The position numbers were made by a program, and so were the translations under genes. A model generated the notes under the pieces. It did no database searches, had not been told where the DNA came from, and worked only from the letters and a program-made list of their open reading frames with translations. From assembly GCA_043821585.1 (NCBI GenBank), contig JBDRCQ010000015.1, positions 135,341 to 199,340 of the forward strand: 64,000 bases of DNA. Reading direction: 5' to 3'. Of the stretch, positions 8,524-17,240 are shown one piece after another; position 1 is the stretch's first letter; the number at the start of each line of letters is the position of its first letter. This DNA is from an archaeon (GTDB lineage Archaea > Nanobdellota > Nanobdellia > Pacearchaeales > GW2011-AR1).

Positions 8524-9297
8524 ATGGGTATACGATTTGGTCCTGCTGGGTTGGGTCCGGCGGACTCTGCTGAAGATGTCCTCGAGGAATTGCATAAAAA
8601 GGGGTTGAAGGCGTGCGAGATTGTGTTTGCCTATTCGGTATACCTTAAACCTGAAGAGGCCTTGCGAATTGGAAATAAAGCTAAAGAGTTGGATATTGAG
8701 TTATCGATCCATGGTTCTTTTTTTGTTAATTTGAATGCTGATGATAAGGCAAAGTTGGGAGCTTCGAAAAAGAGGATTTTGGAGGCGTGTAAGATTGGCG
8801 AGCTTTTGGGAGCTAAATGTGTTGTTTTTCACCCGGGTTTTTATGGGAAAGATCGTGAAGGGGCTTATGATAATATTAAGAAAGCGATGTTGGAGTTAAT
8901 GGAGATTCGTAAGAATAATGGGTGGAAGATTGAGTTGGCTCCTGAAACTATGGGGAAAATTAATGTTTTTGGTTCGGTTGAGGAGATTTCTAAGCTTGTT
9001 AAGGAAACAGGTTGCGGGTTTTGTATTGATTTTGCGCATGTTTTAGCTAGAGAGAAGAAGATTGATTATGAAAAAATAAAGAAGGCTTTTCCTCGGGAGG
9101 ATTGGCATTGTCATTTTTCTGGGATTATTTATGGGGATAAGGGGGAAAGGAAACATAAATTGACTGAGAAGGGCGAGTGGAAGGAACTGTTGGGGGCGAT
9201 TGGTGGGTTGGATAAGAAAATTAGGATTGTGAATGAGTCGCCTTCGCCGATGGAGGATGCTGTTGATGGCATGAAGTTGTGGAAGAAGATTAGATAA
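8524..9297 (+). CDS. nfo: endonuclease IV-like AP endonuclease (TIM barrel, family 2)
   Basis: SIHGSFFVNL, VVFHPGFYG, ELAPETMGK, CIDFAHV and HCHFSGI match the metal-ligand blocks of endonuclease IV. Confidence 0.8.
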   Translation: MGIRFGPAGLGPADSAEDVLEELHKKGLKACEIVFAYSVYLKPEEALRIGNKAKELDIELSIHGSFFVNLNADDKAKLGASKKRILEACKIGELLGAKCVVFHPGFYGKDREGAYDNIKKAMLELMEIRKNNGWKIELAPETMGKINVFGSVEEISKLVKETGCGFCIDFAHVLAREKKIDYEKIKKAFPREDWHCHFSGIIYGDKGERKHKLTEKGEWKELLGAIGGLDKKIRIVNESPSPMEDAVDGMKLWKKIR

Positions 9298-10399
9298 TCT
9301 CTCTTGCCGCCCAGTCTTCGTCGTAATCTGCGCGTGTTGTTTCGTGCTGCTCTAATCGATATACTTTTTCTCCCTCTTCTGGGCCGATATCTGGTTCTGG
9401 TTTGTCAATAAATCCGTCTAATTTTCTTGCTCTTACGGGATGTTGCATATCTCTCACCGCTTTTGCTTCAACCTGCCTTATTCTTTCTCTAGTGGTTCTA
9501 AATATTTTTGCAACCTCCTCAAGCGTGTACGTTCCGTCAGTTCCAAGGCCATATCTCAGTTTGATAACCTCTCTTGCACGATAGGTCAGTGTTTGGAGAA
9601 CCTGGTCAATCCTTTCTTTAAGCAAGCTTTTATCTATTTTTTCTGTCGGGTCATCTGAGATGTATGGCTGTTCTTCTTCTGGGAGTAAGTCAAATGAGTC
9701 AGGGTTTGCGAGACTTTCCAATTGCTCTTTTCTTGCACTTCTTGCTCTGGGTGGACCATACTTTTGAGAGTCTTCCACCGCCCTTTTTAACCATCCATTG
9801 CCAGCCTCTTCTCTTCGTTCGTAGGAGATTTCTTTTACTATCTCTTTTAATCCTTCGGGAAAAAGAGATCCTACGTCTGATCCAAGTGCTTCTGCGATTC
9901 TTTCTGCGACTTCTGGCGGGGGCATGGATCTTGCCTTTTCATGTGCATGTATTGTTTCTTTTGTAATCCCAACCCTCTCTGCTAATTGTTTTAAGGTTAG
10001 GGAAGAATTTATGCGAGCGGATCTTAGATCGAAATTATAATAGGAGTCTAGCGCGCTTTCTTGTTTTCTCGTTCTTAGATTTGTTAGTTTTATCCCTTCT
10101 CTTTCTTTTTCATCTGGGATGAGCCCCTCATAACGATCCTTCTCTGGCCCATATTGATTTCCTGCGAGCCCATAAAGAACGCCTCCTGTTGCTAAATCTT
10201 CTCTTTGATCGCAGTGTATTGAAAGCCCCAGCTCCTCTGCTATCTCTCTCGCAGACATGCCATCGCGATACATTTGCTCAATTTCTGGATGCTGTTCCCG
10301 GAATAGTCTCCCAAGTCTTCTTTGAGCATTCATTGCCTTGAATTGCTGCGGTGTCAATACTGGTTTCTTCTTTGGTTCATCTTTTCCCTTCTTTCCCAT
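9290..10399 (-). CDS. multi-HTH DNA-binding protein: XRE-type HTH plus a C-terminal sigma-70 region 4-like module
   Basis: C-terminus LTYRAREVIKLRYGLGTDGTYTLEEVAKIFRTTRERIRQVEAKAVRDMQHPVRARKL matches the RpoD region 4.1-4.2 consensus. Mid-region LTLKQLAERVGITKETIHAHEKARSMPPPEVAERIAEALG is an XRE HTH. N-terminal MSAREIAEELGLS is a third HTH-like segment. No sigma region 2 was seen. Confidence 0.75.
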   Translation of the reverse strand: MGKKGKDEPKKKPVLTPQQFKAMNAQRRLGRLFREQHPEIEQMYRDGMSAREIAEELGLSIHCDQREDLATGGVLYGLAGNQYGPEKDRYEGLIPDEKEREGIKLTNLRTRKQESALDSYYNFDLRSARINSSLTLKQLAERVGITKETIHAHEKARSMPPPEVAERIAEALGSDVGSLFPEGLKEIVKEISYERREEAGNGWLKRAVEDSQKYGPPRARSARKEQLESLANPDSFDLLPEEEQPYISDDPTEKIDKSLLKERIDQVLQTLTYRAREVIKLRYGLGTDGTYTLEEVAKIFRTTRERIRQVEAKAVRDMQHPVRARKLDGFIDKPEPDIGPEEGEKVYRLEQHETTRADYDEDWAAREII

Positions 10400-10474
10400 A
10401 GAATTGAGCCTGAGATTTGATATATAAAGATTTGCATTATGTAACTACTTAACCGTTGTTGTATTTGGAAAAAA

Positions 10475-10684
10475 TTAAAATAACATTGCGGCGAGTAAAC
10501 TCTCACCTTCAACAAGCCTTAATCCAAAAGGATCTTCTCTATACTCTGCCTGCCTCAATAGTTGTTCATATCTAGCTGCTCGTTGTGCGGCGATTTCTTC
10601 TTTGCTTGGCCCTTGACTTGCTGCGGGAGTTTGTCGTTCAGTGCTGGGTGGTTGGGACAATCTGTCTAATTGTGCAGAGTTCAT
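10475..10684 (-). CDS. hypothetical protein (69 aa)
   Basis: ORF co-directional with, and upstream of, the sigma-r4-like gene. Confidence 0.35.
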   Translation of the reverse strand: MNSAQLDRLSQPPSTERQTPAASQGPSKEEIAAQRAARYEQLLRQAEYREDPFGLRLVEGESLLAAMLF

Positions 10685-10743
10685 ATATGGTGTGAATCCC
10701 CTGTTTGATAGAAGATGCTGGAGGATTTAAAGTTTATTGGTGT

Positions 10744-10959
10744 CTAAAGCACCTTATTTTTCTTGGCTAAATTCTCTAGTTTTTCGAGAGTTTCTTGGGC
10801 TACATCGGGGTCCCTGCGGCATACATTTAGTATACCCAGCATGCGTTGGACGATTTCGTCGTACGAGTCTTTCTTGTGAACGCGGAGCTTGTCCAATCTT
10901 TCCTTTGTTTGTCTTTGTATTTTTATCGTCGTTATTTGTTCTTTTTCGCTCTTTGCCAT
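10744..10959 (-). CDS. ribbon-helix-helix (CopG-like) DNA-binding protein
   Basis: MAKSEKEQITTIKIQRQTKERLDKLRVHKKDSYDEIVQRML shows the beta-strand plus helix pattern of RHH proteins. The start was chosen at the internal ATG, 26 nt from a TATA box. Confidence 0.55.
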   Translation of the reverse strand: MAKSEKEQITTIKIQRQTKERLDKLRVHKKDSYDEIVQRMLGILNVCRRDPDVAQETLEKLENLAKKNKVL

Positions 10960-10980
10960 GTAAGGTATACGAAGGTATAC

Positions 10981-10990
10981 ATTTATAAAT
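10981..10990 (-). promoter_or_regulatory. TATA box for the RHH gene
   Basis: ATTTATAAAT centred 26 nt from the ATG at 10959. Confidence 0.5.
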
Positions 10991-11110
10991 CTTGTAGGCA
11001 ATTTTTCACTACCGACTTGTAACTATAGAGTGAGGGCATATCTGTTGTCACCCAAAAGTTTATAAAGTAAAAATAGGGTCTAATAGTAACTAAATTTAAC
11101 CAAACAACAA

Positions 11111-12370
11111 ATGTCAAAGAATAACCTTTTGGTTTTCATCGCGAGCGTCGTTTTTGTACTAGCATTTGCTATGGGCAACGTTAGCGCTTTTGGGGACATT
11201 GAGACTATCGAAGTCAATGGTGTTGTTGTGGTAGACCACGGTCAGCAGGTTGGCTCAGTTGATTTAGCTAACTTTGTTGATGACAGAGTTCCTGTGTTGG
11301 TTGTCTTTAAGGCGGACAATGGATCTGGAGTTTTGGCTGAAGATGTAAGAATCAAGGCCTGGATTTCCGGTGAAGCTGAAAACGTCGTAACATCAGAGAG
11401 ATTTGATGTTCTAGCGGACAGAACTTACACAAGAATAGTCTATCTAGATATACCATCTGATTTGCGAGATGTTTTGGACGAGACAAGAAAACTTGAAATT
11501 CTTGTTGAATCTAAGGCAGAAGGCACTGCTGACAGAGAAACAATTGATTTCACTGTACAGAGAGCTTCTTATGTCCTAGAAATTTTGAGCGTTGATATGC
11601 AGCCTGAAGTGAACGTTGGAGATTCAATGGTTGTTGATGTTGTGTTGAAGAACAGGGGTAGGCAATTTGCTGATGATGCATTTTTGACTATAAGCATCCC
11701 TGAGCTTGGCTTGGAAGAAAGAACATATTTTGGTGATCTTTCCCCTATTGACCAAGACGATCCTAACAAGGAAGATGCTGTAGAAAGAAGGACTTATATC
11801 AGAGTTCCAGCAAATGTTGAACCAGGTCTATACAATGTAGAAATCGAAGCTTATAACTCCGATAGCTATGACAGAGTAGACAGGAGAGTTCTTGTTACTG
11901 GTGGCGCCGTTGAAAATACAATGGTAATTTCCGCAAGTACGAGCAAGACTTTCAATGCTGGCGAAACAGAAACCTACAAGATGACCCTTGTCAACAGAGG
12001 AAGTGTTGTGAGAGTATTTGAACTTCAAATAGACTCACCAGACAACCTTAACGTTGACTTGAGCGATTCTCTCGTGGTTGTTCCAGCAGGAACAAGCCGA
12101 ACTGTAGAAATCTTCGCAGACTCAACGATCAGAGATGAATACACATTTACAGTAGATGTGTTGTCCGACGGTGCACAAATCGACTCCAAGACATTTAGAG
12201 CTAACGTTGTTGAAGGTAGCGGAAATAGTGGTTCTGGCGTACAGGCAAACACGACTGTGTTATTGACTGTAATCCTAGCTATTATCTTTGTTGTCTTACT
12301 AGTTGTTCTAATCGTCTTGTTAACGAGAAAACCTGAGACAAAAGAAGAATACGGCGAAAGCTACTATTAA
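11111..12370 (+). CDS. cell-surface protein (signal peptide, beta-sandwich/CARDB-like repeats, C-terminal TM anchor)
   Basis: Signal LVFIASVVFVLAFAMGNVSAFG. Segments of the VLKNRGRQFADDAFLTISIP type. C-terminal TVLLTVILAIIFVVLLVVLIVLL plus a short basic/acidic tail. Confidence 0.65.
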   Translation: MSKNNLLVFIASVVFVLAFAMGNVSAFGDIETIEVNGVVVVDHGQQVGSVDLANFVDDRVPVLVVFKADNGSGVLAEDVRIKAWISGEAENVVTSERFDVLADRTYTRIVYLDIPSDLRDVLDETRKLEILVESKAEGTADRETIDFTVQRASYVLEILSVDMQPEVNVGDSMVVDVVLKNRGRQFADDAFLTISIPELGLEERTYFGDLSPIDQDDPNKEDAVERRTYIRVPANVEPGLYNVEIEAYNSDSYDRVDRRVLVTGGAVENTMVISASTSKTFNAGETETYKMTLVNRGSVVRVFELQIDSPDNLNVDLSDSLVVVPAGTSRTVEIFADSTIRDEYTFTVDVLSDGAQIDSKTFRANVVEGSGNSGSGVQANTTVLLTVILAIIFVVLLVVLIVLLTRKPETKEEYGESYY

Positions 12371-12440
12371 TTAATTTAATTTTATTTTTTATTTTTTAGT
12401 AGTTTTTTGCTATTTTTATTTTTTTATTATTTTGAGAACT
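12371..12440 (+). terminator. oligo-T termination region after 11111-12370
   Basis: Several T5-T8 runs (TTTTATTTTTTATTTTTT, GTTTTTTGC, TTTTTATTTTTTT) directly after the stop codon. Archaeal RNAP terminates at oligo-T. Confidence 0.45.
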
Positions 12441-13619
12441 TTAATTTTTTAACAAACAGTTATCCTTGCATGTTCCGTCTTCATCAAAGAATTCTGGCAT
12501 GGTTTTGTGGAAGTCTTTTTTTGGTTCGTATGTGAGGCAGGCAAGGAATTCTGACTTGTTGGTGTTGGTTTTACATTCTTCGACTAGCTCTTGGAGCTCC
12601 GTGGTCTCGTAATAATTGGCGTATGCGCTGATAGCGACACGTGAACCTTCGAAATCTATAAAGTTGCCATGTTCATCGAGACCGTGTAAGTATTGAGTGT
12701 ACGGATACGCGAGATAGAGCTTTTCACGAATTGGTAAATGCGGAGGAACCTGATCGAATGGGCCATCGAAGTAATTGTTTGCGAAGATGTTACTTGTTGC
12801 TACTCCGAATAAGATTTTCCTATTGAGATCCGGGTCTAAATAATAGGCAAAACCTGTTCTTTGCCCTACGAAAATTTCATCTGAAATTTGTTCGAAAGAG
12901 TCTGTTATTTTTTGATCTTCATCAAAGAGATAATAAAAACCGTTTGTTTTTGTGTTGAAGACTAGATGAAAAAGGACTCCTGATTCGTCTTGAATTTTTG
13001 CTACGAATTCTTCATCTTCTTTTAAGTCAATTTTTTTTGGAGGATTATCTGAAATGGTTGGCAATTTGAAGTAAACTGTTTTGTCTCTGAAGTTTACCTT
13101 GTATAGGTTGTCGCCAATGTGTGAGACAAAGATCCCGTCTTTTATTGTATATTCTTTAGATCCTCCCGTGTCAGCATGTGGCGTGTCCTCGTAGTAATAT
13201 GCAAAATATAACACTCCTTTGTCTATATCTACGAACCGTAAGTTGCCAGCAATGCCATATTTTGGGATCTTGTAGTAATAATAAGTTTCTGTGGGGTAAA
13301 CGATTGCATAATAGGGTATTTCTTCGAATACATAATTAAATACCTCTCGTGTGTTGTTTACGTCTAGCTCCAAGGGTACACTCGAGTGAAATCGCTGATT
13401 CCAAGCAAGGGTTTGATAGGAAAACCATGCTCTGAGAGTTTCTGTGGGCGTTCTTGCGCCATATTCTTGCTTGTCTGACTCAATTATGTGTTGATTGAGG
13501 ATTACTGCCTTGTCTTCGAAAGAAAACATTAATGGAGGGGACAACAAGACTGTTAGAATAAATGCGACTATTATCCCCAAGGCTATAGGATTTTTGTTCT
13601 TTTTAGAATAAATTGGCAT
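12441..13619 (-). CDS. secreted hypothetical protein (392 aa)
   Basis: N-terminal anchor/signal PIALGIIVAFILTVLL. The start codon lies 2 nt downstream of the stop of the upstream gene at 13622 (same strand). Confidence 0.6.
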   Translation of the reverse strand: MPIYSKKNKNPIALGIIVAFILTVLLSPPLMFSFEDKAVILNQHIIESDKQEYGARTPTETLRAWFSYQTLAWNQRFHSSVPLELDVNNTREVFNYVFEEIPYYAIVYPTETYYYYKIPKYGIAGNLRFVDIDKGVLYFAYYYEDTPHADTGGSKEYTIKDGIFVSHIGDNLYKVNFRDKTVYFKLPTISDNPPKKIDLKEDEEFVAKIQDESGVLFHLVFNTKTNGFYYLFDEDQKITDSFEQISDEIFVGQRTGFAYYLDPDLNRKILFGVATSNIFANNYFDGPFDQVPPHLPIREKLYLAYPYTQYLHGLDEHGNFIDFEGSRVAISAYANYYETTELQELVEECKTNTNKSEFLACLTYEPKKDFHKTMPEFFDEDGTCKDNCLLKN

Positions 13620-13621
13620 TC

Positions 13622-14251
13622 TTAATTGGTAACTGGTGCATATGCTCTTGATGGCGGAACAGCGTACTCACTTGTTCCCGTATCGTGCGACCCATAACGG
13701 GTTGCCACGTACTGGTGGCTTGGGGGCCAGGTAGGACTTAATGATGATGCATGGCTTGGGGGCCATTCTTCGCTAACTACTTGAGTGTGATCGTGGGGCC
13801 AGGTGTCGCTTGTAGAAGTTTGATGGTTTGGATTCCATCCATCACTAAAGTAATAGTGATGAAGAGGGGGCCAGGTGTCGCTTGTAGAAGATGAATGGTC
13901 TGGGGGCCAGGTGGTGCTTCCATCGGTATTGTGGTTAGGTGGCCAGGTTTGGCTTACTGAGGATGAGTGATCCCAAGGCCACGAATAACTCATATATGCC
14001 CCGTGAGCAGGGGGCCACCCATGGTCTTCACTGGACGATCTGTAAAGCCCGTGATCTTCCCAATGCCATCTAAATCCCAGGCTGTGACTAGACACAGAAA
14101 GTTGGACGTCTCCGTCTGTCGAAACAGATTCGATTACAAATTGTTTATATTGTTTGAAATCTAGTGTGAACTGAACGAACGAAACTGCGATGATTAATAC
14201 GGAGAAGGCTAAGATGTAAATTGCTGTTTGTGGAATTCCCCTTTTTTCCAT
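13622..14251 (-). CDS. prepilin-signal protein with nine WPPxH 12-residue repeats
   Basis: N-terminus MEKRGIPQTAIYILAFSVLIIAV (class III-like). Trp at residues 79, 91, 103, 115, 127, 139, 151, 163 and 175, i.e. exactly every 12 aa, each followed by PPxH or a variant. Confidence 0.7.
   Translation of the reverse strand: MEKRGIPQTAIYILAFSVLIIAVSFVQFTLDFKQYKQFVIESVSTDGDVQLSVSSHSLGFRWHWEDHGLYRSSSEDHGWPPAHGAYMSYSWPWDHSSSVSQTWPPNHNTDGSTTWPPDHSSSTSDTWPPLHHYYFSDGWNPNHQTSTSDTWPHDHTQVVSEEWPPSHASSLSPTWPPSHQYVATRYGSHDTGTSEYAVPPSRAYAPVTN
13694..14017 (-). repeat. 36-bp tandem coding repeat (9 units)
   Basis: Recurrent GGGGGCCAGGTG(TCGCTTGTAGAAG) blocks on the plus strand. Two units share GGCCAGGTGTCGCTTGTAGAAG exactly. 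Confidence 0.7.
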
Positions 14252-14273
14252 GTTGACCGAAGGGGCAGAGGGT

Positions 14274-14281
14274 ATTTAAAT
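14274..14281 (-). promoter_or_regulatory. TATA box for 13622-14251
   Basis: ATTTAAAT centred about 26 nt from the ATG at 14251. Confidence 0.5.
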
Positions 14282-14304
14282 TTTTTGTAATTTGGTTGAG
14301 GACA

Positions 14305-14315
14305 ATTATTAAAAA
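14305..14315 (+). promoter_or_regulatory. TATA box for the SMC-like gene
   Basis: ATTATTAAAAA centred about 27 nt upstream of the ATG at 14337. Confidence 0.4.
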
Positions 14316-14336
14316 GCTCATTTTCCACTGCTATGA

Positions 14337-17240
14337 ATGGCTCATGTGAAAAAGCTGGTGATTCAGGGCTTCAAGAGCTTTGCGAAAAAGACTGAGATCC
14401 CGTTTGATCGAGGAATTAACGTTGTAATTGGCCCGAATGGTAGTGGGAAGAGTAATATCTCCGATGCCTTGTGTTTTGTTCTTGGACGGTTGAGTGTTAA
14501 GTCGATGAGGGCGGAGAAGGCTAAGAACTTGATTTTTATGGGAAGCAAGTATATGAGGCCTGGGAAGGAGGCGATGGTGGAAATCGTGTTTGATAATTCT
14601 GATAAAAGCTTTGCTTTGGATACGCCGGAGGTGAGTTTGGCGAGAATTGTGCGTTTGAAAGGCGCTAGTGTGTATAAAGTCAACGGAGAGACAAAGACCA
14701 GAGCGGAAGTAATTGAGACGCTGGGACAGGCTGGAATCGACCCGTATGGGTACAATATTATCTTGCAAGGGCAGATCCAGGCGATTGTGAAGATGCATCC
14801 TGAAGAGAGGAGGAAGATAATTGGAGAAGTTGCTGGGATCTCTGTTTACGAATGGAGAAAGGAGAAATCTCTGAAAGAACTCGATAAAACGGAGGTGCGG
14901 TTGAAAGAAGTTAGTACTATTTTGAGGGAGAGAACCTCTTATTTGAACAATCTGGAAAAGGAGAAGGCGCAGGCTCAACGTTACAAGGATTTACAGTTGA
15001 CAGTGAAGAGATCTAAGGCTTCAATTCTTAAAAGGAAGCATGATGATAAAGTGAAGGAGATCAGTTCAATTGTTAAGACGATTGAAGAAAAAACAGCCCT
15101 AAAAGACAAGAGTGGTGAGAAATCTGAGAAAATTCAACAAGAGATGGAAGGGTTTAGCGAGAAGGTTAATCAGATAAATAAACAGATAAGGGATGCGACT
15201 GGTGTTGAGCAGGGCAAGTTGAGGGAAGAGATTAGCGATCTTAAGGCTGAGCTTGAAGGGTTGAAGGTTAGGAAAGAAGGTTATGAAAACAGAGGGGAGG
15301 AGGTCGATAGGAGAATTAGTGAGATGAAAAAGTCGATCCCTGATTTGGAAAAAGAGATTGCACAATTGCGAGAAGAGAGTCCATTGATGGCTAAGAAGGC
15401 TGCAGAGTTGAAGAAAAAGAAACATGAGTTGGCTGAGCTTGAAAGGGAAAAGAAGAAAGTTTTTGCTGTTAAGTCTGAGTTGATTGCTGTGAAGAATACG
15501 ATAGAAGATCGGAAGCAACAGCTGGCAAGAGTGAATGCTGATGCGGAGTCGCTTGTTGCGCGGATTGAAGAGATTTCTAAGGACTTTGAGTACAATACTG
15601 AAAGCGAATGTATGGAAGCCATTGATTTTTACAAAAAGAGGCTTGCGCAAGAAGAAGACAAGGTAGACTCGTTTCGAGAAGAAGAGCTGAAGAATGAGAA
15701 AGTGGTTTCTGTTTCTGAGACTGAAATTGAAAGAAACGAAGAGATAAAGAAGAAGATTGAGGAGATAGATATTTGTCCGCTTTGCCAGAGCAAGATGACT
15801 CAAGATCATGTGAACCATGTCCTTGGTGAGGCGAATGCGAGAATTTCTAAGGCTAGGGGTGATTTGGAGACTGCTAAAGAAAATTTAGGGAGAATGGAGC
15901 AGTCCTCCGGAGAGTCGCAGAAGAAGACAAACGAGCTTGAAGGGAAATTGAGAAACGCGGAAAAAGAGTTGTCTTCTCATAAGAATGTTGCAGAAAAGAA
16001 GGAGACTCTTAAAAAATATGTTGATGGTTCTGTTGTGATTAAAAAAGAAATTGGGGAATTTGAAACGCGGCAGAGGAGCTTAGAAAAGAAAAGTGATGAG
16101 GTTTCTAAAATTGATGAATTGTATGAGAATAAGATGTTTGAAATCGAGGAGATTTCTTCTAGAACTGAAGAAGATATTGATACAACCTTGCTGTATAAAG
16201 AAAGAGAACTGGAGAAAACTAAGAACATTGTTGAAAGAAGCAAGGGAGATCTTAAAGAAATAAATGATCAAATTGAGGGATTGGGGAATGGGCTCAAAAC
16301 TAAACAAGCGTTGCTGGAAAAGAAGGAAAAGAAAGAGAAGGACTTGAATGAAAGATTCCAGAAGATGTTCCATGAAAGAGACGAGACGCAAAAGAAGTAC
16401 CAGGAGGCAAGTATAAAGCTAACTGAAATCCAGAGCGAAGTTAGACAGATGGAAGATCAGATAAACTACCTAAAAGTCGGAAAGGCGAAGCTGGATGGGG
16501 AGAGGGAAACTGTTGAGATGGACTTGGCAGAATATCAGGGAGTTGAATTGTTACAGGGAAGTTTGAACGTCTTGGAAGATAAGTTGAGGAAGGCGCAGTC
16601 GACCCTCGAAACGATTGGGTCGATAAACATGCGGGCCTTGGAGGTTTATGACGAAGTAAAGAAAGAGTATGATATTGTTCAGGAGAAAGTTGAAACTCTT
16701 GATAAAGAGAAGAATGAGATCATGAAGATAATTGAAGAGATTGATAAGAAAAAGAAGAAGGTTTTCATGAAGACATTTACCGCGATAAATAATTTGTTCA
16801 CTGAGAATTTTACGCGGTTGTCGACTAAGGGCGGGACCGCTTATCTCGAAATTGACAATAAGGAAGAAATGTTTGAGGGCGGGGTGAATATTGTTGTTAA
16901 GCTTTCCAGAGGGAAGTATTTTGATGTTACTTCGCTTTCTGGTGGGGAGCAGACACTTGTTGCGCTGTCCCTTTTGTTTGCCATTCAGGAGTACAAGCCG
17001 TATCAGTTTTACATCCTAGACGAGATTGATGCTGCGCTTGATAAGAGGAACTCTGAGAGGCTTGCTGCACTATTAAGAAGATATATGAAGTCTGGACAAT
17101 ATATAGTTGTGACGCACAACGATGCGATTATCCTTGATTCGAATGTGCTCTACGGAGTTTCGATGCATGAGGGCGTATCGAAAATTTTAAGTTTGCGCGT
17201 GAATGAAGATAATAGTGAGGAAATGAAAAAAGATGGGTGA
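14337..17240 (+). CDS. SMC-family ATPase lacking a hinge, with a central CxxC (zinc-hook-like) motif
   Basis: N-terminal head VIQGFKSF..GPNGSGKSNISDALCFVLG..MRAEKAKNLIF. C-terminal head LSGGEQTLVALSLLFAIQEYKPYQFYILDEIDAALD. About 600 aa of K/E-rich coiled coil. CPLC at aa 480-483 of 967. Confidence 0.9.
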   Translation: MAHVKKLVIQGFKSFAKKTEIPFDRGINVVIGPNGSGKSNISDALCFVLGRLSVKSMRAEKAKNLIFMGSKYMRPGKEAMVEIVFDNSDKSFALDTPEVSLARIVRLKGASVYKVNGETKTRAEVIETLGQAGIDPYGYNIILQGQIQAIVKMHPEERRKIIGEVAGISVYEWRKEKSLKELDKTEVRLKEVSTILRERTSYLNNLEKEKAQAQRYKDLQLTVKRSKASILKRKHDDKVKEISSIVKTIEEKTALKDKSGEKSEKIQQEMEGFSEKVNQINKQIRDATGVEQGKLREEISDLKAELEGLKVRKEGYENRGEEVDRRISEMKKSIPDLEKEIAQLREESPLMAKKAAELKKKKHELAELEREKKKVFAVKSELIAVKNTIEDRKQQLARVNADAESLVARIEEISKDFEYNTESECMEAIDFYKKRLAQEEDKVDSFREEELKNEKVVSVSETEIERNEEIKKKIEEIDICPLCQSKMTQDHVNHVLGEANARISKARGDLETAKENLGRMEQSSGESQKKTNELEGKLRNAEKELSSHKNVAEKKETLKKYVDGSVVIKKEIGEFETRQRSLEKKSDEVSKIDELYENKMFEIEEISSRTEEDIDTTLLYKERELEKTKNIVERSKGDLKEINDQIEGLGNGLKTKQALLEKKEKKEKDLNERFQKMFHERDETQKKYQEASIKLTEIQSEVRQMEDQINYLKVGKAKLDGERETVEMDLAEYQGVELLQGSLNVLEDKLRKAQSTLETIGSINMRALEVYDEVKKEYDIVQEKVETLDKEKNEIMKIIEEIDKKKKKVFMKTFTAINNLFTENFTRLSTKGGTAYLEIDNKEEMFEGGVNIVVKLSRGKYFDVTSLSGGEQTLVALSLLFAIQEYKPYQFYILDEIDAALDKRNSERLAALLRRYMKSGQYIVVTHNDAIILDSNVLYGVSMHEGVSKILSLRVNEDNSEEMKKDG

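Noticed and set aside
12371-12440. The AT-rich 70-bp tract as a replication origin, CRISPR leader or repeat array.
   Set aside because: It has no ORB-like or spaced direct repeats and no orc1/cdc6 nearby. It is only T-runs after a stop codon, consistent with termination.
14331-16391. Several long antisense or out-of-frame ORFs inside the SMC-like gene (for example 14331-14978, 15099-15818, 15281-15622, 16080-16391).
   Set aside because: Their products are Leu/Phe/Ser-rich low-complexity strings, as expected from the reverse complement of Lys/Glu-rich coiled-coil codons. They have no promoter or SD signals, and the sense frame has clear SMC motifs.
14337-17240. Annotating the 967-aa ATPase simply as Rad50 because of the central CPLC.
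   Set aside because: The head motifs (GFKSF, DEIDAALD D-loop, the MRAEK..LIF segment) are SMC-type rather than Rad50-type, and no mre11, herA or nurA gene is adjacent. I kept the call as an SMC-family protein with a hook-like motif.
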